64,000 nt of DNA from a virus. Lineage: Duplodnaviria > Caudoviricetes. Position numbers and translations under genes: made by a program. Every line of letters starts with the position of its first letter. Within the stretch, counting starts at the first letter, position 1. A model generated the notes under the pieces. That model saw only the letters and a program-made list of their open reading frames with translations, did not search any database and was not told where the DNA came from. The stretch is taken from IMG/VR virus record IMGVR_UViG_3300038679_000051, positions 96,001 to 160,000 of that record; one strand, written 5' to 3'. Of this stretch, positions 17,830 to 24,639 are shown one piece after another.

Positions 17830-18282
17830 CTAATATACGGAAAATCCACCACAGTTCTGTAGAAATGTAATGAATTCCTTTAGGTGATCCAAATTAATTC
17901 TGTATGGACTGACCAGATCATCCCTACTGCCCTTGTACGTTTTCATATTGACAAACGCATTGGTTTTCTCGTCAATTACCAACGAATTTGTAGGAAGACG
18001 TAATTCATTGTCACCAAGAACAAAACCAAATTCGGTAGCCAGTGCTGGTTTGTTGATAATTTCGTTTAATTCCTCGGCTACGCGCAGACATTGTTCGTCG
18101 GTCAATCCCGCACCGTCGTTATACCTCATTGCAACGTACACTTCCTCAGAAATCAACTCATTATTGTTTCGTTTGTTGATGATGCCCAACAATTCATGTA
18201 GTGGATGCCATGACCAAATATTAGCCCTGAAATACTCGCCCTGTTCATTTCTCGGTTTAGTCCCGGTTACGTCCATCCCCAT
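17830..18282 (-). CDS. Conserved phage hypothetical protein
   Basis: MGMDVTG...GEYFRANIWSWHPL...NDGAGL...FLQNCGGFSVY motif. Confidence 0.7.
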   Translation of the reverse strand: MGMDVTGTKPRNEQGEYFRANIWSWHPLHELLGIINKRNNNELISEEVYVAMRYNDGAGLTDEQCLRVAEELNEIINKPALATEFGFVLGDNELRLPTNSLVIDEKTNAFVNMKTYKGSRDDLVSPYRINLDHLKEFITFLQNCGGFSVY

Positions 18283-19037
18283 TCATTTACCCTCCTTTTC
18301 GTCTCTCCATGTTTTATCTCCTCTCTAAGGGCTGGGTCCTTGACATATTGAAGTGCCCAACCATCCTGTTGCGCTGCTACCATACATATTTCCAGTGTCT
18401 GTTCTTTAACAAATTGAAGTGCGTAACAATTTTGTCTTACTGCTGCCATGCACATTTCCGGCGTCTGTTCTTTGTTGTTCGCAGAATATTTGACATATCT
18501 AAGTGCCCAACCATGTTGTTTTACTGCCGCCATACATATTTCTGGCGTTTGTTCTTTGACATATCGAAGTGCATCACCATCTTGTTGCACTGCTGCCATA
18601 CATATTTCTGGCGTCTGTTCTTTGACATATTCAAGTGCCGAACCATTTTGTTGTACTGCTGCCAGATATAATTCCGGCGTCTGTTCCTTGACATAATCGA
18701 GTGCAAAACCGTTTCGTTTTACTGCTACCATGCACAATTCCGGCGTCTGTTCCTTAACATAATGAAGTGCCAGACCATCTCGTTTTACCGCCGCTAGACA
18801 TATGTCTGGCGTCTGCTCTTCAACAAATTCAAGCGCTCGACGATTTTGTTGCACTGCCGCCATGCATATTTCAGGAAATTGCTCATTTAGGTGTTTGAGT
18901 ACATTCCCTAAACCTATTTCATCATTCATCAATTTCTTGACAATCGTTGCATCCTTCATTCGTTCATAATCAATCTTCCTCATTGCCTGGATCACGTCAT
19001 TTAATTGTTCTTTGGTTACGTTCGTCATCCAGTGCAC
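18267..19037 (-). CDS. DUF4116-like repeat protein (8 repeats)
   Basis: MHWMTNVTKEQL N-terminus; GTG start embedded in an upstream remnant. Confidence 0.85.
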   Translation of the reverse strand: MHWMTNVTKEQLNDVIQAMRKIDYERMKDATIVKKLMNDEIGLGNVLKHLNEQFPEICMAAVQQNRRALEFVEEQTPDICLAAVKRDGLALHYVKEQTPELCMVAVKRNGFALDYVKEQTPELYLAAVQQNGSALEYVKEQTPEICMAAVQQDGDALRYVKEQTPEICMAAVKQHGWALRYVKYSANNKEQTPEMCMAAVRQNCYALQFVKEQTLEICMVAAQQDGWALQYVKDPALREEIKHGETKRRVNEWGWT

Positions 19038-19137
19038 GTTTTATCTCCTCTCTAAGGGCTGGGTCCTTGACATACTTAAGTGCCTGACCATCTTGTCTTA
19101 CTGCCGCTGCCAGCCGTCGTTGCAGTCGTTGCTCCTT
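19035..19137 (-). pseudogene. Remnant of a DUF4116-type 3' end
   Basis: KEQRLQRRLAAVRQDGQALKYVKDPALREEIKR follows the stop of the 19138-19458 ORF; it supplies the SD and GTG of the next gene. Confidence 0.65.
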
Positions 19138-19458
19138 TCATCTCCATTCCCACAGACATGAGTTTATTTTGATGCGTTTATTGCTTTTCCGCAACCTGTC
19201 GCCCAGGTCTTTCAGAGATGACTTATTGAACCAGAAACCAACTCGTTCCCATTTATCCTTGGGATACCAATCACAAGCGACAACATCATTTTTTACTACT
19301 TCCAGAAACAACCGCCCATCATCCAACAGGAGAACGACCAGATTCTCCCTGACGGCAAACGCCTTGAAATCATAAGCTTTGCCCATGATTTCTTCTCGTT
19401 CAAATTCATTTGCCGTTCTGGGTTTCATATACAGTTGTGCAAGTGCATTCATTCCCAT
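19138..19458 (-). CDS. Hypothetical protein
   Basis: 106-aa ORF with SD AAGGAGG upstream. Confidence 0.6.
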   Translation of the reverse strand: MGMNALAQLYMKPRTANEFEREEIMGKAYDFKAFAVRENLVVLLLDDGRLFLEVVKNDVVACDWYPKDKWERVGFWFNKSSLKDLGDRLRKSNKRIKINSCLWEWR

Positions 19459-19476
19459 TTTTAATCCTCCTTGATG

Positions 19477-19665
19477 TCAGAACTCGTCCACATCGCCATA
19501 TTTGGTTAGAACGGCGATGACTGCCTCTTTGATTTGCCCAGCGATTTTCTCAACGTCTGCAGTCCCATCACGGATCTTAATTAATTCAAGATCAATAAAG
19601 ATCTCGACGTCTTCCTTCTTCTGTGAAGTCAGAATAATGTTAACGTCCAGTTGGCTGACTGTCAT
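19477..19665 (-). CDS. Hypothetical protein
   Basis: 62-aa ORF with SD AAGGAG upstream. Confidence 0.5.
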   Translation of the reverse strand: MTVSQLDVNIILTSQKKEDVEIFIDLELIKIRDGTADVEKIAGQIKEAVIAVLTKYGDVDEF

Positions 19666-19904
19666 CGCTCGTTTCTCCTTAATGGTAGTTTTCTGAGTTC
19701 GTTCTCGATTGCTTTCCCAATATAAGGGCTGAACATAGATAACAATGCCGGTGAAATCTTTTTCTTTACCTTCGGTTCCATCCGTTCAATATTTGTGGAG
19801 GGAACCTGCCGAGCACAACATTTCTTCTTCTTTTTGCCGCTGCCACACGAACATGGCTTATTCATGTTTGCAGTGTCCTTGACATATGCCGTGGTACTTG
19901 CCAT
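19662..19904 (-). CDS. SEC-C zinc-motif protein
   Basis: NKPCSCGSGKKKKKCC. Confidence 0.7.
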   Translation of the reverse strand: MASTTAYVKDTANMNKPCSCGSGKKKKKCCARQVPSTNIERMEPKVKKKISPALLSMFSPYIGKAIENELRKLPLRRNER

Positions 19905-19921
19905 ATCTCATTGGTTCTCTC

Positions 19922-20248
19922 CTACCATTCAGTCCACACGTCACACACCAGTTTAGTGAGGTTCGCTTCTTCGATTTCGTACTTGCCCCGCATTTCCGGT
20001 AAGGCGTAAACGTATTTCCCGTCTTCCTTGATGACGAACGTACAAAAGCCCGAATCAAAGAAGACGTCGGTACCGTCTGGTACTTCAAACGAGCCGTGCT
20101 CGTCGATTTTATCATCGATATTGAAACCAGGACTTTCCTTGATGGCTTTCTTGGAGATTAAAACCATCTTCATTCGGTCGTGGCAAACGGCGTAGTTGAG
20201 CGTCGTCTTTCCACGTTTGGTCTTGATCTTATCCTTTATCTGTGTCAT
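19922..20248 (-). CDS. Hypothetical protein
   Basis: 108-aa ORF whose start overlaps the upstream stop. Confidence 0.55.
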   Translation of the reverse strand: MTQIKDKIKTKRGKTTLNYAVCHDRMKMVLISKKAIKESPGFNIDDKIDEHGSFEVPDGTDVFFDSGFCTFVIKEDGKYVYALPEMRGKYEIEEANLTKLVCDVWTEW

Positions 20249-20622
20249 TTGGTCATATCGTTTCTAGTGTTTTCATCCATTCCATACAGCATATCACGGA
20301 CGGCCTTAATTGCTTTCTCAAGGTCTTCTGATGAGATCTCATCAGGCTCGCTCATGAGATGGTCCCACATGTATTCGGCCAATGCAGGGATGAACGAATT
20401 GTCTAAATCATTCACGGTCGTTGCGGTTCCGCTCATCATCATGACTACGGAAAAATCTACTGCCCTCATCTGCCAACCAATGACGTACTTCATGCTGAGA
20501 TAACAAAGATTGTTCAGTTCTTCAGTGGTTGGCACGTGCGTAGTAAAATCAACCAGTACCGGTGCGTTCTTGTTCTTGTCCTCAATCATCTTAATCCAAT
20601 CATGTAGTTCTTTTCTTGTCAT
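20245..20622 (-). CDS. Hypothetical protein
   Basis: 125-aa ORF with SD AAGGAG upstream. Confidence 0.55.
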   Translation of the reverse strand: MTRKELHDWIKMIEDKNKNAPVLVDFTTHVPTTEELNNLCYLSMKYVIGWQMRAVDFSVVMMMSGTATTVNDLDNSFIPALAEYMWDHLMSEPDEISSEDLEKAIKAVRDMLYGMDENTRNDMTK

Positions 20623-20682
20623 GGCGTTCTCCTTAAATGGTTATTAGTGTTTTCTGAGTTCGTTTTATTCATCCGTTCCTCG

Positions 20683-20928
20683 TTATTCATTAAGGCGCTG
20701 GAAGTTCTTAAAATCATCACTCCAAATTTGACGACTCGCATCGTTTTCAAATTTCACGATCATTTTGGGTCGACCGTCTTCAAATGGTTCAACGTCAGTC
20801 ACTACACCAGTCATTCCTTTACTGACATGAAGATGCTGTTTTTCGCCATCAGACCAGAAAACATCATTCAAAACGACAACCCGATCACCCTTTATCATTT
20901 TCTTTTCCCTTTCTTTTGTCATTTTCAT
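20683..20928 (-). CDS. Small SH3/KOW-like protein
   Basis: IKGDRVVV...KGMTGVVTDV...MIVKFEN pattern. Confidence 0.55.
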   Translation of the reverse strand: MKMTKEREKKMIKGDRVVVLNDVFWSDGEKQHLHVSKGMTGVVTDVEPFEDGRPKMIVKFENDASRQIWSDDFKNFQRLNE

Positions 20929-20953
20929 TTATTATTTCCCAACATCTTAGTTT

Positions 20954-21012
20954 CCCATTAGGGGATATGAGATCCCCTTTCGACTAGTTACTAGCTAGTC
21001 TCATCAGATGGG
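20954..21012 (-). ncRNA. Type I hammerhead ribozyme (HH-F)
   Basis: CCCAU CUGAUGA GACUAG-CUAGUAA-CUAGUC GAAA GGGGAU-CUCAU-AUCCCC UA^AUGGG. Confidence 0.93.
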
Positions 21013-21119
21013 TCAATTATGGTTCCGAGGCATATCCCATACAGTAATCACATTCATAAATCATATGCATATGACATCTACATCCCGGCGGTCTACTTCT
21101 GACATCCGCCTCTTCCAAA

Positions 21120-21413
21120 TCACACCTGAAAAACATCCGGTGCACGCCAGGTGATCCATTCCCTATCCCAGAATCTCAAATCACTCTTTTCATCTGCTGT
21201 TCGGACCATAAACATACCATTCCCCATATCCATAACAAACCATCTATAAACACCATCTGGTTTGTCAGACATATAACAGACCGGTCGTTCCCCGTTCTCC
21301 AACAGAAAAACATCACACTCCCAACATTTCACAATCACATGCGCACCAACTAGTTCAGCCAACGCATCGAGATCATCATGGTTTTTCACGTTATAATCCC
21401 CCTGAACAATCAC
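21120..21413 (-). CDS. Hypothetical protein (G/T-biased codons)
   Basis: 97-aa ORF. Confidence 0.5.
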   Translation of the reverse strand: MIVQGDYNVKNHDDLDALAELVGAHVIVKCWECDVFLLENGERPVCYMSDKPDGVYRWFVMDMGNGMFMVRTADEKSDLRFWDREWITWRAPDVFQV

Positions 21414-21604
21414 AAAACACGTACCAACTCAGTTTCATCATCAAACGAAATAACTTCATTTATTTCACAACTAGTAGTATAATACACAATGTCACGCTTC
21501 GAATAATTAAAGTTAGAACAACCCATAATCTCTTGAACAGACTTAAACGTCAAATCATCACTCAAAAAAACACCATCAGACTTCCGCCTAATCCTAAATC
21601 TCAT
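21410..21604 (-). CDS. Hypothetical protein (G/T-biased codons)
   Basis: 64-aa ORF whose stop overlaps the downstream start. Confidence 0.5.
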   Translation of the reverse strand: MRFRIRRKSDGVFLSDDLTFKSVQEIMGCSNFNYSKRDIVYYTTSCEINEVISFDDETELVRVL

Positions 21605-21806
21605 CCAAATGCCTCATCACTCATCGCATTCCCTCCCAATCATCGAAACAATCCCGTTGTTGGTGTTGGTTGAAGAACCCTTTAAGTGCGTGTAAGAGGC
21701 TTGATTATCGCAAATATATTATATATTTTAATTATTTCACTAATAGGATATTAACAGCTTGCTAATGCTTACTTAATAGCTCCCGTATGCGACCCTAATG
21801 CACATA

Positions 21807-22081
21807 GAGCAAGCGTTGACGCTCATTGTGCAGCTCATTGTGCACTGACTTATTGCACACCGAGCAAGCGTTGACGCTCATTGTGCATCAATACGTTCTG
21901 GGTTAGTTTGAACCAGAACAAAGAAAACCGCTATCCACATTTAAGATGCTCCGGTTTTCCCGGCTACATTTTACGTGGAAATCACCCAATCTAACGCTTG
22001 CGGCGTTAGCTCTAAGGGTGACTTGTTGCGGCAAAACGTTGACGCTCATTGTGCATCAATACGTTCTGGGTTAGTTTGAAC
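21807..22081. repeat. Direct-repeat cluster: perfect 45-bp repeat (21869-21913, 22037-22081) and 26-bp repeat (21807-21832, 21862-21887)
   Basis: cgttgacgctcattgtgcatcaatacgttctgggttagtttgaac occurs twice and contains the last codons and stop of the receiver-like gene. Confidence 0.9.
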
Positions 22082-22384
22082 TGGATCACACCGAACCAAC
22101 TCGGTAACACTAATTCTGATGTACCCCATTGCCACTAACGCACGAGCGATGTTTTCTCTCCCCACTGGATTCATAGTTACTAATACGACCGCTTCTGGTT
22201 GATAGGCAGGATTTTGTTCCAGCCAATTGGTTATATCATATCCCGTCTTCTCCTCACCTAAATCGTGGTCCAAGTACAGGACATCCCAGGGACCATTCTG
22301 TAATGCCACAATTCCGTCATCATATGTTCTGGCTGTGCGGTGGACGGTCATTACTCTTAAATCATCAATCAGAAGCATTTTCAT
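22046..22384 (-). CDS. Stand-alone divergent receiver domain of the cyclic-phosphate-processing (cREC) type
   Basis: LLIDDLR...ARTYDDGI..L....DVLYLDHDLGEEKTGYDI.NWLE...VT.NPVGRENI; the LDHDLG motif typifies this jumbo-phage family. Confidence 0.75.
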   Translation of the reverse strand: MKMLLIDDLRVMTVHRTARTYDDGIVALQNGPWDVLYLDHDLGEEKTGYDITNWLEQNPAYQPEAVVLVTMNPVGRENIARALVAMGYIRISVTELVRCDPVQTNPERIDAQ

Positions 22385-22395
22385 ATGGCATCTCC

Positions 22396-22650
22396 TCAGA
22401 CATCTGGTTCCCGTTCTTTATGCCTGGCAAAACGCGACCGCGTTTCTTCTGCTCCCGCGTTATAACCAGCACACCATCGTTGGTTCCAGGCATTCAAATG
22501 AATCTCAATAAATTTCCCGACGACATCCATAGCAACTTCATGTGTGCAACCTGTCGTTTTACGAATATAAATTGCCATCTCTCGGTGCCAATTTGGTGTT
22601 TCGGCATTTTGAAGTTCATCGTGATCCATTTTGGCACCCTCCTCCTTCAT
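22396..22650 (-). CDS. Hypothetical protein
   Basis: 84-aa ORF. Confidence 0.45.
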   Translation of the reverse strand: MKEEGAKMDHDELQNAETPNWHREMAIYIRKTTGCTHEVAMDVVGKFIEIHLNAWNQRWCAGYNAGAEETRSRFARHKEREPDV

Positions 22651-22800
22651 GATTTACCCACAAGAATCCGTCCCAGTCGTTTGTGACCAGCATGTTTGTA
22701 CCATTTCTTCCACCAAATGGCGACTTCTTTTGCCGACCATTCCTTGTTGAATTCCTCGGCAGCTTGTTCTGCGGCTACATCCATTCCGTCTGGGATCATG
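22647..22800 (-). CDS. Small conserved hypothetical protein (likely start MIPDG)
   Basis: EVAIWWKKWYKHAGHKRLGRILV motif; SD AAGGAG upstream. Confidence 0.5.
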
Positions 22801-23145
22801 TCATTTCTCCTTGATCGTTTTATCACAATGCCAGTAACAATCATCACCTTGTTGGAGATTCCAAACACGGAATGATACTGCTTTAAATGACGGTTTGCCG
22901 TCGACTCCTGGTCGAGCAGCATTTTCGAAAACGCCCACAGGGACTTTCAAGATGTAATTCAGTGCAGCAGCAGGATTGACAACAACTACACCTTCGTACT
23001 CCTCATCTTTATCACCAGCAGCAGTTTCACTGAATGCATCCTCATCACCAACGTGGACCAACTCGATGCGAAGCTGGTCTGCCAACTGAATCTGATCCTC
23101 GGTCGGTACATGTCTTGAAATGAATGCGAATCTCTTTTTTCTCAT
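22801..23145 (-). CDS. Hypothetical protein
   Basis: FAFISRHVPTEDQ..LA...GVVVVNPAAAL...VGVFENA.R motif; SD GGGAGG upstream. Confidence 0.6.
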   Translation of the reverse strand: MRKKRFAFISRHVPTEDQIQLADQLRIELVHVGDEDAFSETAAGDKDEEYEGVVVVNPAAALNYILKVPVGVFENAARPGVDGKPSFKAVSFRVWNLQQGDDCYWHCDKTIKEK

Positions 23146-23253
23146 CTCTCCCTCCCTTTCGTTTGGTGGATGTTATTTGTGGGGTTTCTACATATACAAG
23201 CCTATTGTCATATCTGACCGATTTCGGGGGATATAACAACATATACGTTTCTA

Positions 23254-23439
23254 TTAGATGACATCATAACCGTTGAGGAAGATAACACCATCACCGCGAC
23301 GAGCACGACGGTGTGCAGCTTTCTTCAGCTGCTTTTTGATTTTCTGAGAACAACGGGTCTTCGCACGACAAGACCATGACCACTTCCAGTCGTTGGAGAA
23401 ATATTCCTTCTCTACGATCTTGCTGGTGCTTCGACGCAT
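23254..23439 (-). CDS. Small basic protein inside the inverted-repeat segment
   Basis: SD GAAAGGAGG just after the HH-G cleavage site. Confidence 0.55.
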   Translation of the reverse strand: MRRSTSKIVEKEYFSNDWKWSWSCRAKTRCSQKIKKQLKKAAHRRARRGDGVIFLNGYDVI

Positions 23440-23466
23440 GCCACACCTCCTTTCAGTTTGGTGGCT

Positions 23467-23523
23467 CCCATTAGGGGAGGTTTCCCTCCCCTTTCGACCG
23501 TGCCACCGGTCTCCTCAGATGGG
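23467..23523 (-). ncRNA. Type I hammerhead ribozyme (HH-G)
   Basis: CCCAU CUGAGGA GACCG-GUGGCA-CGGUC GAAA GGGGAGG-GAAA-CCUCCCC UA^AUGGG. Confidence 0.93.
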
Positions 23524-23956
23524 CTGCAGCACCCTAGCTTCTTCCTGCACGCGGGTTCTCTTCGGCTTACTGGGGTACTTTGCATATGAACCAATCCAAT
23601 GAAGAGTTGGTTCATGTGCTTTTCCCCCATCTTCAGCAGCTAGTTTCGGTCGAGGGCTTTCGACCGTTGTGCGGTGCTGCATTCTTATTTTTTACGAATA
23701 TCGCATAAGAAACCTCCTTCTTTAATTGTACCGGGATCTACGGTCAGGAGCACAAGCATATTTTGCCTCCCAGTATCTAATGGCTCCCTCCGGACTGGGT
23801 CTTAATTCACAAGAATGTCGCACCTCCTTTCTTGGTTTGTATGTTCATCGGCAATAAAAGCGTATATGTTGCTATATCCCCCGAAATCGGTCAGATATGA
23901 CAATAGGCTTGTATATGTTGCCACCGGGGATGATTTATTGTCCCCGGTGGCACAGG

Positions 23957-24163
23957 TCATTTGGCTTGCAGCGCAGCCTCGATAGCTGCCTGCAGGTCGA
24001 TTACCTGCATGTGGCGTGCACGATTCAACATCTTTATGTAATTCGCGGCTTCATCGACCGTCCCACGATAGACGGTCTGACCACTTCTTTTCCTGATTTC
24101 CACCATCTTCTTGTCTGGGGACGGGAAGCATTTCAGTCCCAACTGGCACAGGTTTTCATTCAT
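23957..24163 (-). CDS. Hypothetical protein
   Basis: 68-aa ORF with SD AAGGAGGUG upstream. Confidence 0.55.
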   Translation of the reverse strand: MNENLCQLGLKCFPSPDKKMVEIRKRSGQTVYRGTVDEAANYIKMLNRARHMQVIDLQAAIEAALQAK

Positions 24164-24199
24164 TGGACACCTCCTTTTTCTGACTTTACTCTACTCGAT

Positions 24200-24287
24200 T
24201 AGGATCACAATGATCCCTGGGTAGACAACCCTCTTTGTGGAAGGTTGTCTACCGAGGGATCATACCCTCGGCGGGCTTTCACCCGGT
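24200..24287 (-). other. Multi-hairpin intergenic RNA structure including a 21-bp stem
   Basis: Arms 24210-24230 and 24243-24263 pair at 20 of 21 positions; flanking CGGGU-GAAA-GCCCG hairpin. Confidence 0.7.
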
Positions 24288-24291
24288 GTGA

Positions 24292-24507
24292 CTAGTCCTG
24301 CGAGGCTTCCCATTCAACTTCACCCAACGGGAAGGGTCCGAACCCCTTGGTACAGACATGGGTCTTTTCTCCCGCACCCATGACATAGCTGATGACCCGA
24401 TCCGCCGTTTCTCCGGCAATACGGATCTTGTCACCTTTCTTGAGATTCGCACCAGCCGCTCCCACTTTCAAGCTGCCCGTGTCGTTGTTCGTCACTTTGT
24501 TCGCCAT
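24292..24507 (-). CDS. Small beta-barrel (SH3/KOW-like) protein, paralog 2
   Basis: MANKVTNNDTGSLKVG...KGDKIRI...THVCTKGFGPFPLGEVE; SD GGGAGGUG upstream. Confidence 0.7.
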   Translation of the reverse strand: MANKVTNNDTGSLKVGAAGANLKKGDKIRIAGETADRVISYVMGAGEKTHVCTKGFGPFPLGEVEWEASQD

Positions 24508-24577
24508 TCTACACCTCCCTCTCAAATTAGAAGATTATCGTCGGGTGAAACACTCACCTTACGAAACCTTCTGGTTT

Positions 24578-24639
24578 CCCATTAGGGAGAGAAAATCCTC
24601 CCCCTTTCGGCTGGGGACCACCCAGCCTCATCAGATGGG
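24578..24639 (-). ncRNA. Type I hammerhead ribozyme (HH-H)
   Basis: CCCAU CUGAUGA GGCUGGG-UGGUC-CCCAGCC GAAA GGGGGAG-GAUUUU-CUCUCCC UA^AUGGG. Confidence 0.93.

Larger units (their letters stand above)
23190..23918. repeat. 58-bp inverted repeat (23190-23247 and 23861-23918; one mismatch) enclosing 613 bp
   Basis: acatatacaagcctattgtcatatctgaccgatttcgggggatata(a/g)caacatatacg and its reverse complement. Confidence 0.92.

Noticed and set aside
4304-18706. Plus-strand and alternate-frame ORFs over the repeat genes (e.g. 4304-5197, 6051-6491, 18309-18671)
   Set aside because: Shadow ORFs arising from the stop-free antisense frames of the repeat, with no SD or independent motifs.
4339-19037. Diversity-generating retroelement acting on the DUF4116 repeats
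   Set aside because: No reverse transcriptase or template/variable repeat pair is visible, and differences between units involve C, G and T positions, not only adenines.
19030-19458. TGA read-through or an alternative genetic code (a repeat remnant is in frame after the TGA at 19138)
   Set aside because: All three stop codons terminate well-formed genes and long core genes are intact under the standard code; the in-frame remnant is better explained by deletion.
23620-23672. Hairpin followed by GAAAC and CUGAAGA as a permuted hammerhead
   Set aside because: No room for stems I and III between the core segments.
9600-24639. Leaderless translation from the AUGGG left at the 5' end of each cleavage product
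   Set aside because: The resulting ORFs are mostly 3-19 codons (one is 43) and unrelated to each other, and HH-C has ACGGG; the AUG is explained by stem I pairing.
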